Part shown: positions 1 through 13,566 of the stretch, piece after piece
How positions within the stretch are numbered: position 1 is the stretch's first letter
Layout of the letters: every line of letters starts with the position of its first letter
Assembly: GCA_032718475.1 (NCBI GenBank)
Contig: JAUCBJ010000021.1
Location: 1 to 64,000, forward strand
Length of the DNA: 64,000 nucleotides
From: Nemertoderma westbladi
Taxonomy: Eukaryota > Animalia > Xenacoelomorpha
Direction: 5' to 3'
Notes under the pieces: model-generated
What the model saw: the letters and a program-made list of their open reading frames with translations, nothing else
Told to the model about the DNA's origin: nothing
Databases searched by the model: none
Program-made: the position numbers and the translations under genes

Positions 1-610
1 AGGATTCAGTTATACTTGAATAAAGAATAGTGATTAAACCAAGCAGCCAAGGGATACGCGATATATGACACTGCTGTATAAGTTCATTGAATGACTGTTG
101 ATTTCGAAACATTTAATTCAAAACTATATAAATGTTAATATAATGTTGGATTTTTTTTTGTAATAATTAACAGATGAATTATATTTCATTAATTTATTTT
201 TTTTATCTAATCACATTATTAAATAACGAAGCACAGAAATAATACTAAGATTGAATATTTAATTGAAGGTACAGTACCGAATTGAATATTTGAATGGGAG
301 AATCTTTTAGGCTCGTTAAGCCAAGGAATGCCTGTTCACCACCATGGGTGATCTTTCACAGTAAACCCTTCCACTCTGTTTCCCAAGTTGCCTTGGTTCC
401 CAATCGACCACTGAAGGATGAAAGCCGGGGTTGGGCTAGGCTGCAGCATTTAAAGCACTGTGCCCAAACAGTACTGCCCCATCTAGGGATCGAACATTGA
501 ATATTTGAGATTGCATAAGATAGAGTATTGAATATTGAATATCTTCGGCCGTCATCCCGTTGGTGACTGCATTGGCAACCATTTCGACAGTTTCGATTGG
601 TTTCGGCTCT

Positions 611-941
611 TCAGTCCCCGAATAGACCGATGGTCGGCGTGGTTGCTGTCCCCATGACTGAGGCTGCATTACCAACCAAAATTGCCATCTCCAGGCGTTG
701 GAGCAGAAACTGGTGTGACCGCGGTTCGTGGGTGGCACTGTGGAGACGAGCCCCGATCTCCCGGAGGAAGGTGGATGTCTCTGGACCAGGGCGGCCAAAG
801 GTCTCAAAGGCCACGGGGTGAAATAAATGGCCCCGGTCCATTAGGTCGCGATACTTAGAGTTTTTAATGCGCTCCGCCCCCTTAGCTGAGTGCCCCTCGG
901 CAATGATGGTTTGTTGAAGGTGGCTGGGGGCCAGTGGATCT
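611..941 (-). pseudogene. 3' fragment of an RLE-type (CRE-like) non-LTR retrotransposon, restriction-like endonuclease C-terminus
   Basis: Translation KYRDL..FHPVAFETFGRPG..FLLQRLEMAILVGNAASVMGT fits the KY..L/F.P.A.ET.G/L.QR...A...GNA pattern that ends CRE-clade ORFs; 5' truncated. Confidence 0.75.
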
Positions 942-2281
942 AGTAATAATTAACGCAAAGATATGATTAGGTAGGCCTACGTGATATTACTGTATTAATT
1001 TCTCAAACCAAACCTCCATTGACGTCAAATATATCCAATTTCTCAATCCATACTAATCCGTATGTAATAATGCAGTAATGTACACTGTAATGCAATACCG
1101 GTAATGTCAATGTCCAACCAAACAATGCGTTGAGTGTTATCGGACCAGCCTCCGAGAAATGTTAGGCTAACGGCACCTCGCTCTGTCGCATCAGTTTTTG
1201 TAGTGGTCAGGTGGTCTAGTTCCAGGCTACCAGAATCCGTTAGGCCTAGTGCATGATATAGAATCAGCACATCCTGACATCTGTGCAACTCCTGAACTCA
1301 CGCGAGCATTTTACAGATGGTGGTCTAATTTATATGGTCTTGTACCGCGAAACCGTGTATTATTTACAGATGTAGGCTAAATTTCGGGTCTTGTACCGTG
1401 CACAGTACTGGTGGGCCTACACAGCTACTGCTATTTTGCCTAATACAGGTCCCAGAGGTAAATCCTTACCCCACAGGCTGTTACCTCTCTGACTGACAGC
1501 GCAACAGCCCTCTCTCAGGATGTTGGCAGATAGAAAAAAGGCTTCGATTTCCGGACATTCCCTCCCCAACCCCCCCCCCCCCCCCCCCCCCGGACAGTTC
1601 CGTTCCGTTCGAGTAGGACACTACTGTTTTATATTTCGCACGTTTATTTTTCATTTTGTAAGGTAAACGGACCGCTTGTATCCAGACAAGTTGTACATTA
1701 TCCAATTTCCCTTTCTTAGCTCAGAAATTTATATTTTGCATCCCGATTTTACATTTTGTATCCACGTTTTATTTATGGATTTCATCAATTCAATTACACT
1801 GTATTGTTTGCTAATCTTTAAACAATTAATTAGATGACCTATATATTCCATCTGTTTCTCCTGCTCAAAGCAAAATCTAATCATGAATACTTTTTCACTG
1901 TAACTATCGTAACTCAACCAATTGGTCCTTTTTCGAACAAATCCTACATGGGCATTTTGGAGTTAACCCGCCACTACTGCTTGGCTCACTGGAAGTGTAT
2001 TTAGGTAAAGCTCTATTGTAGGCTGTGGCTCTGTTTAAGCTTAGCTGAGCGGCAGGATAACGGGAAATGCCGACCTCTCTAATAATGGGCTGGTCCCACA
2101 GGTCACTTTAAGGTAGGTGGTACAGTAGGTACTACAGTTTACATGTTCAAGGGCGCCAGTCCCTAGTCGCTAGCCCATAGTCTGTACTTTCGTTTATTGT
2201 TTTGGTTCCCCAATGAAAGGATTGAGGTTGTAACTTGAGGACCTAACTAATTATGGGGTACCGGTAACAATGGTTTGTACT

Positions 2282-3438
2282 TGTTCGCGCTTTTAGACCT
2301 TTAGCAGTTTAACCTGCCAATTTTAATTGTCTTTTTTGTATATCAATTATTTAATGTACTGAAGTTACATCAGCCGAAGCCAGCCTGTGCGCGATCATTC
2401 ACCCACAGTTAAGGGAGACTGGATTCGGATGCTTTGATAGTGATTGCAGTGTAGACCTACTGTATTATTCGATTGATCGTTAATATATAATCTCTGACAA
2501 TATATTTACTTTCGGGGAAATATTAACAGTTCCTTTAGGACGTGGCGCTTTAAGTATAAAACAGAGTTATGACTTATACTAATCACAACTGGATGGCTAC
2601 TGAGTTTCGTAAAAAGCGCATTCTTTAGGAGATGCTTTATTAACCTTCACACTACTTCACACGACTTCACACTAGTTCACACTACTGCGCACTGATCTGC
2701 CGACCGTCACTGAATTTGAACATATATAAGGAGGATCGCAACTGACACATGTAGGGATTATGAAATAGCATTCAATTCACACAAAAACCACTATAATGTA
2801 AGTCGCAGTTGCTACCGGTAAACCTATTCCTCTAACCTTTAGTAATCAAAGAGATTGAGGGTTTTATGATTATTCATCGGTATTCTCCAAATATATCAGC
2901 AATATATACCAACATAACACCAAGTAATAACAGAATCAAATAATGCGGTGAACAGTCAGTATGTGTTACATGAAGTATGATTCAGCAATGATTCAGTAGT
3001 TGAATTGTTAATAGTTTTACGTTCTTTTAATCAAAGCCATCTGATGTTTCTGATGTTTAGGTCAAAGTCTGAAACTTCCACAGAAGTACAGAAGAATCCT
3101 AAGCCAGTGTTCTGGGCTTAGAAAAGATACACACTGACTGAATTGCGTGAGTTTCTGTAGACACTGTCCAACACAAAGTGAAAATCGCTCTGATTGGTCG
3201 AGCGAGCCGAACAAAGAACAAAGAAAAGCTCCACGCTGGCATTAAATCAGCTGACAGATTTCGTCAAATGAGTTACAGTCTTTAGTGTATTAAGCGAATT
3301 GCGGAAAAATGGCTAGTTATGTCCGCTAAAGCACGCATACAGACATAACGGGTAAAAATGGCTTGTTATGTCCACTAAAAGCACCTACACGGTACATTGC
3401 GGAGAAAATGACTGGTTATATCCGCAAAAGCTTTTACA
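2282..3438 (-). repeat. Element A 3' LTR (1157 bp)
   Basis: Direct repeat of 13567-14721; by eye about 13 substitutions and one 2-bp indel. Confidence 0.95.
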
Positions 3439-3446
3439 CCGCTCCC
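3439..3446 (-). other. Short purine-rich tract (GGGAGCGG) at the PPT position of element A
   Basis: Abuts the 3' LTR; same GGAGCGG in B (29142-29148) and C (36559-36565, -). Confidence 0.7.
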
Positions 3447-3590
3447 AGAAAATGGGATTTACTTCTATAAAATATAAAAAATCACAGTTTCTAAAATATA
3501 AAAATACTCTAAACAGTTAGTCTTTCTTACGCTAACGGTGTTTATGCAGTTTTTTGAGGCTAGCAAGAGTCCTTTTCTCTTTGGGGCGAG

Positions 3591-5036
3591 CTACTTTACT
3601 AGGAGGGCTATAACTCCTGGGTGAAGGGTGCAATACAATTGCATCGGAAGGTTTAGGATGATGGTCGGTGTATCCGCGGTCGAGGTACCCGGTTGATCGG
3701 TATCAACCTTAGTGGAACGAGGTCGAACAACCTTGAGAGAGCGTTTTAAGACAGCAGCTCTTACTGGTCCCTGACGGGTCATTTTTACGAAAGCGGTAGG
3801 TGGACCGTGTGTAGTGAGAAATTTCCTCGGTTTGATGATTCTTTCCAACTCGCGTTCTCGGGCTCCATCGGAATCGATATGCTTCTCCTCGAGCTGATTT
3901 TCCTCCGCTTGTCGTTGAAAGCATTCGTCCAAAACTCTTGCAGAAAGTAGAGTCGTCCAAGTTCGATATCTTCTTAGAGATTCTGGATTTCCCGATCGAA
4001 CTGAGATAAAGCTAATTCGTTTACCGCTTGGACTTGCTGCTGCAATTTACGTTTCTCTGAACAATCGTAGGTTCCTTTTCCGATCTTTTGACGAATAGTG
4101 TCCAACGTGTTTCGTACAACTCTCTCCTCCACCTCGGTGACAGGTTGTATCGGGTTTAACAGGGACAATTATATGGTTGAATGGCGATATTAGGTGTCCG
4201 CGTCCCAATCCGGCTAGGTAAGATGGGCGAATATCTAGGGAGCCCACAACCGGAGTGCCACCGACTAATTGTTCGGGTAACACTAGATCTTTGAACAGTG
4301 AGTACAGTTCGGGACGATCTGTCATACTATTAGGATCAAGAGTCTGAGGTCTCACCAAGGAACGGGGATGTCTGACTGAGTATTCCGGAACTCTGATCAT
4401 GGGTTTATTTAAGGATCGTTTGAGTCGAGCGAGCATAGGTGATACATCGAACAAGTTTCGCTCGAAACTCCCGTAAATATAGCGAGTAAAACTGTGTTTA
4501 GCTCAACGTTTCCGCAGATGTTTATGTCTTTCCGTTTGTCGGTTGGGTCTAGGACATTCATCGTGATAATACCAAAGACGCACGTCTTGTAGGGGAAACG
4601 CGGGTGATCTTTCTTCAGTTTTACAATGTTTCTCTCAAGAATTCCAAATATACGTGGGAGTCACTGCGTTTATCCGGTTCTTTAACGTCTTCTCTTTCGA
4701 GTCGATTTCGAATAGAATTTTCGCATTCGATTCTCAGTTTATCGTTCCGACTCCGCTGGGTATGATATTTAAATAGGACCATTTCCCTTTCGGTGTCGAC
4801 ATCGTCCGTATCATGTAAATCAATAGGATGACCAGTAGTTAAGAAGTCCATATACGTACCATTACGATGCGTATAGCGAGCGGTGAATTTTCTATAGTCC
4901 AATTCACGCGTGAGTTGTTCCTTTGACATTGGCGGTTCGATATGCCGCCGCCGCGTATTAAACTATCAACAAACGCTTGCAATGGTAGGGTATATCGCTC
5001 CCTGATATCAAGATCATCTTCTATCAACTCAGTCAT
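3591..5036 (-). pseudogene. Fragmented extra 3' ORF of element A, unknown product
   Basis: Chain of sense-strand ORF pieces (MTELIEDD, MSKEQLTRELDYRKF, MFDVSPML, AEENQLEEKHI) with homologous pieces in B at 27740-29045. Confidence 0.6.
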
Positions 5037-6757
5037 AGCTGCTATATGAGTTTATCGATATTATAATTAATCATAATTAGGCTAGCGGTCGTTGCTGCCT
5101 ACCCCTCAATGCCCCTGGACAGCGCAAGATCCTCAACGCTGATGTACTGTCGCCGATGTGCCTTTCACCAACGTAGTAGCTACACAACGACAACAATACC
5201 AGCGCGAGTCACTCCACTGTCCGTCCCAAGGGCTTAGATTTACTTCAGGTTCTTACTGCAGAGGTAGGGCTACTTTCACAACTGCGACTCGCTACTGTAA
5301 ACACACTTTAGTAGTAACATTCACCTATAAACGCACAAATTCCACACAACTGTCACAAATTGTACACATTCGGGCCATTTGTCCATTAGTCAAGTGCCTT
5401 CCAGAATGACACGTTATTATTATGTATCCCTGGATACTAGCAGTGTGCTATTTATTCCGGATGCTATTCAATGGGGCAAGCTTTCTATTGCTCTTTTAAC
5501 TCGCTTCTAATTCTAGCGTGGTTGTTGCCATGGTGACATTATGGAAAGCTAGCAGTAGAATTAGGGTAATTCTCATGCATACAGATCTGGGATGCTATTT
5601 AATTGTAATTCTTTAATTGTCAATATTCCCCTTTATACATGATTTTATGAATTTTATCGGCTATTGACAATATATTGGAGATTCTCGCACACTAATATAC
5701 TTAATAGGGTGAATCTCCGCTCCCATGATCTATTAATTAAGGGAATTTTGGGAATGTTATAAATTGCATAAAATGACAATTTATCAAATTCATGAGAGGA
5801 TATGAATTTAAATTTATTCCCGTAAATTTTATTATTTAATATTAAATAGACACAATTTTATTCCAGAGCATGTCTGGGGACTAGGATCCTGAATTCTGGG
5901 AAATTTGTCTTTTTAAGAGTATCGGTAAGTGCTACGATATCTTAATCGACTAGAATTTTAAAGGATCTGAATTTTAACAGATTTTAGATTTTCTTGGTTT
6001 ACAAACTCCTCAGAGTTTATTTGTCGGCATTTACTCTATTATATTTGTTTTAATAGATTTTTATAAATATTAAATAGTTAATATTTAAGATGGGCACCGA
6101 TTTATTCCAGAACTTGTCTGGGGACGTTAACCACTGATTCTAGAATTTTGTCTTTCAAGTATATCGGTGGGTGCCGCGATATCTTAATCGACTAGAATTA
6201 CAGATGGTCAAAGGGTTTAACAGATCGATTTTGCGTTTTACGCTACTGTTAAAGGGACATCACGCTACTATATGTATTATTTAATATACGGTATGAGAGC
6301 AATATTGCAAGAAGCAATGTCAGTGAGAAGAGGCAAGTCGTTTCCAAGGTCTACCCAGAGCTTGGTTTAGCTGAGACATGAGGATCTGAACTTTGCATTC
6401 CTAATACTCTACTTACCAATAATACTTGAATATAGTAGGAGCTTTATTGTACTTTAATAAGTACGGACATTTCATCTTACTGTAGTCACGTATTTATAAT
6501 ATGATACGGACAGTAAGGAAAGAGAAAAAGAATTATTTCTCGCCGTTGCACTAAATATATGATATAATATAAGTAAGTAAGTAATAAACACTAATATATA
6601 TTGCACTAATCTACTAAATAATCGCTAAAATAACATTCTACTAAATAAAATTAAAGAAAACGATTATAATAAAATTACATAATATAATACATACATAAAT
6701 ATAAAATAATAAAAACAAATATAAAATAATATAGTCACACACCCACTCCAGACGCTG

Positions 6758-9700
6758 TTACGTTGGGGAGTCCCTAGATGTTTGTTGGATTAGGGAGGTG
6801 GTCGTGGGAAGAGTATCTTGCCTTCCATAGTTTCCGGACAGTTCTCGGTCTCTTTCCAGTAAACATAAACGACCAACTGGGCGATTGAGTTGTTGTGTTT
6901 CGAATACAATTCCAGGTTTCCTCTTCGTCCTGGAATAGTGACGATAGAAACATCGCTTCAAATACACGACGGCCTTACAAAGCCGATTCCAGGAGCTATA
7001 GTGGTTTATCGCTCCCTGCAGGAGAGGTGAGAGTCCCTGCGAGACGTCTGGTGTTCCAGATTTCCAGTCTCTTTCTCTGATTTCCACAACAGAGTTATTT
7101 GTGGCGGGGGAGTTTAGACCCACAGCGTCGTCCCCTGAAATGTGTAGTACAGACAGATCAATCGCGGGTTTAAATAACTTTGATTTACTCGTCCGGGTTT
7201 TAGGTTTGACTTTCTCCGCTCCCTTGGCTTGTCTAATCTCAGCCGTGGTGAGATGAGGAGGCCATTCATCCTCTTCTTTACTTAGGAAGTCGGGTCCACC
7301 TAACCAGTCTGGAGTATCTATCAGTTCTTGAGGAGTTGCTCCTCTGGAAGCGATGTCGGCTGGATTAATCGTCCCAAGGCAATGTCTCCATTGATCTACA
7401 TTAGAGTTAATATCGTCATTATCTGAGGAGTATGGTGTTCCCTCAGTTGTGGTTGTCTCTCCCTCACTGATGTCTTCTTCCCATTCACTCACCTGATGGA
7501 CCTGATCTTTGGGTAGCCTTTCCATGAGTGTCCTACGGGAAGGTCCAGTGAAGTACCAACCTACTCTTGTTCTTCCCGCATAGGTTTGCAATGGTTGCGG
7601 TCGAGCAGGCCGTTTCTCTAATGTCTCAAGCGCCTCATGCGCATTTTGGCCGATGAGTATCTGTACCCCTGGGTAGTCGGTGTTGAATCTAGGTATCTCA
7701 TGCTGCTGGGTGAAATCGTCTTCATCCCAGTTATAAGGTTCCACTTGGCTGGTAGCGAAGTTCTTTATCGCCACCATTTTTACTGACCTTATACTGTGTT
7801 CTCCTAGTTCATCCTGGGGGGTGGACAACGCGCCTACATAGTAGTCTGTAGCTACTGTAGATTTCCAAACCTGCATAATTCCTGAAAGGTTCAACTTAGT
7901 TCGGAACTTGGGTTGTCCAGCAAAGATGTCTTCGGCTAGTTCTTTGTCGATGAATGTTCCTGTGCTGCCGGAGTCAAGGAGGGCGTTCACTATATAGCTC
8001 TTTTTTAACCCGTGGACTCTCAACTGCACTACGGGAAATTCCCGGATTCCTACATTGGAAGTTGGCGCTTTCCAAGATGGTTGTCGGTCCGGAATAGTTA
8101 GGGGGAGCTCGCTATCGGTTTCAGTCTCATACGTAAGCGCTCGATACACCGCGGTGTTTGTCATATAACAGGATTCATTTTCGTCGTGAGAATTCGTCTG
8201 TGTAGAATCCTTCCATCTCAGAGCTGTGGTCAGTGTCGTTCACATCACTGAATTGGACATGTAGTTCGGGCTCACTTACCTGACTCGTGCGGGTTCTTTC
8301 AAATTCTGTGTGCAGCAAGATATGATGTTTCGCGCCGCACTTAGCACACCTAGCATCTGAGTAACAGGTCCGCCGTTGGTGTCCTCGTCTGAGACAATTA
8401 TAACACAACCGCTTATCCCACATGACATCACGTCTATCCTTTAGGGATTTCTTTAAGAATTCATCACACCCACTCAAGCGATGGGGCCCGTCACACAATA
8501 CACATTTGGGCTTGATGTTGCTTACTTTAACCTGTGCTGTGTGGTGCACACTTGTTCTTTCCTCGGGCTTTCTTCCATGAATTCTCTTAGGAGACGTGGG
8601 AGGAGTTTTTGTTGTCTGTTCTCTCCTGTCACTGGTTCGAGACTTAAATTTACTTAAGTCTTTAGGTGCTTTGTTGACATAGTAAGATCTTTCGGTGTCT
8701 TTCCCGCTGTTATCCTCGTGGGAGGTTTGGCTTTCACCGTCGTCTGTATAACACACTGGTGTTACCTTTCTCCTAGAAATGGGTTTTTCACTTACCTCAC
8801 TTTCAGGAGTCTTCTCTCTAGACTGTTTTAGGAGTTGTAATCTTACCTCTCGGTTTAAGAATGACAGAAGGTCCGTCATGGTTGGATCTCTATGTTGTTG
8901 GTCCATCAAATAGAGAACCTTTTTGTCCCAGCGAGTACCTACTTCACCCTTTGGCAAAGCTGATGCTAAGGCTCCTACAACCATGGAATTCTGGTATTCA
9001 TGAGACTTACCCAACCAGTCTAATTGTCTACAGATCTCCTGAATCTCATCGGAAAACTCTATAATCCCGCTGCTAAGGAACTTTCGGGGCGCTACTAATT
9101 TCGCATACAAATACCTAGCTATGTTTGTCATATTACCATACCTGATGTTTAGTGTATCCCAAACTTGTCTTAATCCATCTGGATGTCCAATAAACTTTAA
9201 CGCCATTAACTTGGGAGATCCTTCCAAGCATTCGATGAGGAATCTAAGTTTCTCTCCGTTAGATAGCACAGAGTTCTGTATGTTATCTTTATAATATTCA
9301 TTAAAAGGTAACCATTTCATCTCATCTCCGTTGAACTTGACGATCTCTCCCACCTTTACCGCTTGACGGGCTTCGGTTCTAGCCATTTGACGCTTAAAAC
9401 TTTCTTGAGCCATCGTATTATTTAATATCGAGTTATCGGTATATGAATTTCTCGGATTATGATCAGGTCTATATGGAATATCATTATCAACAGGTTTATC
9501 GTTCCCTTAATGGGGTTTACTATAGGAGTTTCTACTTCACTAGCAGTATAGATGCGTGTAGGCTCCACACCTTGCGCATGAAATACTTCAGACCTAACAG
9601 GTTGACACATTGTTACAGGGGGTGGTGGTATACCCCTTTGTATATTTACTAATTTATCGCGTTCTAACGCGATACTCTGCTGCACTTCTTGCAACTCTAA

Positions 9701-11682
9701 CCTACTTTCCCTTACGGTTCCCTTGAACTGTTGAACAGTCTCCTGCATCTGCCCGAGCAGGAGATCCATCCCCCGCCGTCCCTCATCCACCCACTCAACC
9801 GCCGAAGCGGGAGCCGCCAACATAGTAGCGGGTAGACGAGGGACGACGGGCGATAAATTGTTGATGTCTCGCTCGGCGTCCAGGACAAGAATTGTCTCAG
9901 GGGCTGTTCTACTGGGCACAGGTAGTTTAGTACTGTGCAAAGGGAATTTAGAGTTAGGTTCTGGAAGTACAGGGGTCTCTATCACAGAGGGGGTGGCTTC
10001 GAGAACAGGCCTAATTATTTCAAGCTCATCTACTATAGTAGGGAGTCTTTCTACAATAATTTGGTCTGTAGGCTCAGGATTACTTAAATCTACACTAGCT
10101 AGTTGCCTTCTCACAGCTGGAGGCAAATTAGGCAATTTGTGCCGGTGCAACGCTCTTCTACGTCCGCTGGAACGAGATTTATTTCCTCTACCTTCAGGAT
10201 CTGTTGTATCGCCTTCATCAGAGGATGTAAATCCCTGTCTCTTTGGAGTAGATCGACTTAGCAGCTGCATCTGAGTAGCTGTTCTCTGTTTATTTAAGTA
10301 ATCTTGCTTCACTTGAAGATTTTCCAACTCTAGTTGGGCTGTCTCTTCAGATGCCCTCCGTTCCGCTTCTGCCACTGCCTCTGCCGCTTTTCTTTCAGCT
10401 TCTACTGCTGCCGCTTTTCTTTCAGCTTCTGCCGCTGCCGCTGCCGCTTTTCTTTCAGCTTCTGCCGCTGCCGCTGCCGCTGCCGCTGCCGCTTCTGCTT
10501 TCCTTCGGTCTTCTATTATCCTTTTCTTTAGTTGTTCTTCCTGTTGCTTAATGATGAGGAGGCGTTCATCCCATTTAGCGTTATCAGCGGCCGACATTTC
10601 CGCATCTAACGAGTCCAACACCAATTTGGCTCCCTCACTATTGGGGCGAAGTCCAGCTAGCCGTCTCCTTAACTCTTTGTCACCTATAAATCGTTGATAG
10701 TCCGACAGATAGATGTCAATAGCATCCTTCTTAGGAGGTTTCTCTGATGTGAAGTCGCTTTCCACCTGAGAAAAGGTAGCGTCTGTTGATTCTCCGTGGG
10801 TCATGCGCTCGGTTAGCTGAGCTTTCCATTGTGTAGTTTCTTGGACTTTAAGACTCACCCGTTGGAACCAAGTCTTTACGGCAACCTGCAACGACGTGTC
10901 TTGGCTTCTCTTCGAGGCTTTCTCAAAGGCTGAAAGGATCAGTCTGATCCTTAAGATTCATTCTCGAACTTGATAAAGCAGCTCTTACTGCTCTTGAGGT
11001 CTTTGACGTTGTTGAAACAGGTGTTCCTCTAAGCGCTCCAAAGAGCTGAAGAATCCCTGGACATATTCTCCTGCCGACCTCTTCCACACAGCTGGATCTT
11101 GAGTGTCTCTTACTACTCCCATCCTGTATAAGTCTTCCCAGGCAGCTTCCGATAATTTAAACGGGAGTCCGGGTCCGGGGAAGTTCCATTGCGTCTCGAC
11201 AATAGAATTCAGTTCCTCCATCGTGTATCCCACATAACTGTCCCTGGTCGATCGCTTACTTTTCGCCCAATTGATTGGATGTTCTTCCACAGCGATCATT
11301 ACTCTAGCGAGTACGGCTCCAGGAAGAATTAGAAGTGGATCTGGATAAACCGCTTCTGTCATCCTTGCTCCGATCTCGGGTGTCAACTCTACAGTATCTG
11401 AACTACTGGACTACTGAACTACTGCTGCTGTTTAACAGCTGCTTCTTGGTCCCGCTTAACTTGAGCCCGAGTGCCTATAATAGACCTATGGTGATTTACT
11501 AGCCTAGGGTCTGATACTACTACTGGAGGGATGACCCTTCTTACAGTAGGAGGGGACTTGGACTTTGGTCTGGGATGTTCTATACTTTGATCTTGGTCAC
11601 AGATCTTTTTAAGACACTGTCTAACACTCATTCTAACACTTTCTAAGAGACTATCTGACAGTGTTTGTTGTGTGTCAGACAT
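6758..11682 (-). pseudogene. gag-pro: Element A gag-protease-(deleted pol) polyprotein, broken by stops and frameshifts
   Basis: ORFs 11419-11682, 10985-11386, 9422-10891, 8175-9413, 6758-8164; KFNGDEMKWLPF (DUF1759-like), CVLCDGPHRLSGC/CYNCLRRGHQRRTC/CAKCGAKHHILLH, ALLDSGS, WRHC..NPADIASRG, RPVGRLCLLE. Confidence 0.9.
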
Positions 11683-11789
11683 GATTTAATTTACAGTTGA
11701 ATGCCTACTACTATAATGACAGTTAAAGCAAGTCTAGTAATTCAGTATCAACTATAAGCCTAGTAATTAATTACCGATACCGTTACTCA

Positions 11790-12070
11790 GTGTAACGTGA
11801 TATACAATATATTAGAATACCGGTATACACTTATAGTATATAATATAAGTATTATTACAGACTAGAATTAGTCACAGAATACCGGTATATAATTTAAGCA
11901 TAAATATTAAAATATATAATAAGCCTATCGTGAATACCGGTATACAGCATACACCTATAGTATATATAAGTATAATTATAGACTAGAATTAATTACAGAA
12001 TACCGGTATATAATTTCAGCTTAAATTTATAGAAATAAATATAATAAGCCTATCGTAAATACCGGTATGT
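11790..12070. repeat. Degenerate ~60-bp tandem array, one ATACCGGTAT palindrome per unit (5 units)
   Basis: TACCGGTA near 11818, 11880, 11935, 12001, 12060; counterpart in B at about 20720-20960. Confidence 0.8.
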
Positions 12071-13555
12071 CAATTATTTTATAATAACTGAATTTCTGAA
12101 TTTTAGGGTTACTTTACGTTACTTTATTACCGTTATTTAAGCAGTAGTCCAACTGATATTAAGGCCTAATTGATGGATGACAGGCCTACTATTTTATAAA
12201 TCGGTTTGAGTTGATTTATAATATATATATACCCTTATAATGGGTTTTTTGACAATATTTGAAATAAATGTTATTATTTCTGGTAAGGAGTCACTTCACA
12301 GAAGCTGAACGCTCTCAGTGGAGTGCTTCTTATTGGACACTAAAACAAATAATTCTAATTTACTAAGTTACTTATTACTACAAATTACGTACAATTACGG
12401 GGTGAGATTACAATCTCTAAATAAACACAAAAATTACACATACAAATTTCAGGGTAATTTTACAGGAAATCTACAAACCAGCCTAACAAAGGGTTAGAGT
12501 TTCTGGTTATTACAAACAGACAGGATACTACGGTATTTGAAAATAATAAAGCAGTAGTAAATATATTGCGTTGTCTAGATAAGAAAATACCACCGTCTGA
12601 CGACTTATAGTCTTTAGCTGTACAGCTCTATAAGTACTACGTTATGTACCTGGAATGTCCCTACCTAGAAGTCCCCTACCAGAGCTAACGTACCTATTAA
12701 CCACTTTACAACACAAATATACTGCCTACACACTAATTACCTTCGGAAAGCACTGTACACTAAACCCTAAATTAGGTACAAGTACTTATATAACAAATAA
12801 CCAGCAGTTAAAAATACTTGTACAGCTAAAAGAACCACGGTATCTGCTGGAGTGACTAGAGCATAAAATCACCAGTCTTTACCTACGCCAAACAGCCCTG
12901 ATGTAGTACCGGGGTTAATTTAACTATAACGGTATGTATAACAAGCACAATTACTGTAGGAATAAACTTGGGGTTGTGTATGTTGCGAATAATCGCATAA
13001 ACTCTGAATAATAAATATTACGCTACCCGTACAGACTACACAAACAAAATACAAACCAAATGCTGACAGACTACTATCAAGCCTAAATAAACTACGGTAT
13101 ATGCAGACTCCGAAATGGTTAGTTAGTATGCGTTCTAACCGAGTAGTACGACTTATTCTTTCGGAGGGGATTTACCTTACAACACTGGATGCCCCCACCT
13201 TCCTAACTAGTATCTTATCGGACATACACTCTACACACACTGCAATCTCTTCGGACCTGACAACAGCCAGACAACAATCCAGCCTACAAATTATTTGTAC
13301 AATCTGAGCAGGCTTACACGCCTTCGGCTCAATATCACACTTACAGATAAATAAAACTGACAGAAACAAGTAAACCATACAAAGGAAGAAGGGGTAATCA
13401 ATCCCTAATCCCCTAACAGCCTACAATATACAATATATCACAATCAAACTAATCCTGGTACCTGTAAGTACCGGTTCGGGTGTTTAGGCAGTTAGGCCTA
13501 CAGTTTACCGTCCGACCGGTACATTCGAATTTATTGCCTACGTGCAATCAAGAAG

Positions 13556-13566
13556 AAAACTATTAA
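13556..13566 (-). other. Element A non-tRNA primer-binding site (sense TTAATAGTTTT)
   Basis: Abuts the 5' LTR, has no TGG, and is 11/11 complementary to LTR 14291-14301. Confidence 0.8.

Noticed and set aside
1560-1591. Long C run (and G run at 34374-34395) as functional G-quadruplexes
   Set aside because: Simple homopolymers; the G run differs between the two D LTRs.
1043-1935. Possible host exons on the - strand (1100-1293, 1485-1555, 1840-1944)
   Set aside because: Splice-like ends are present but no recognisable domain or consistent frame; cannot be supported without transcripts.
3557-3580. C-type hairpin motif in A/B (AGGCTAGCAAGAGTCC)
   Set aside because: Only a partial match and the stem is not preserved; no convincing copies found in A or B.
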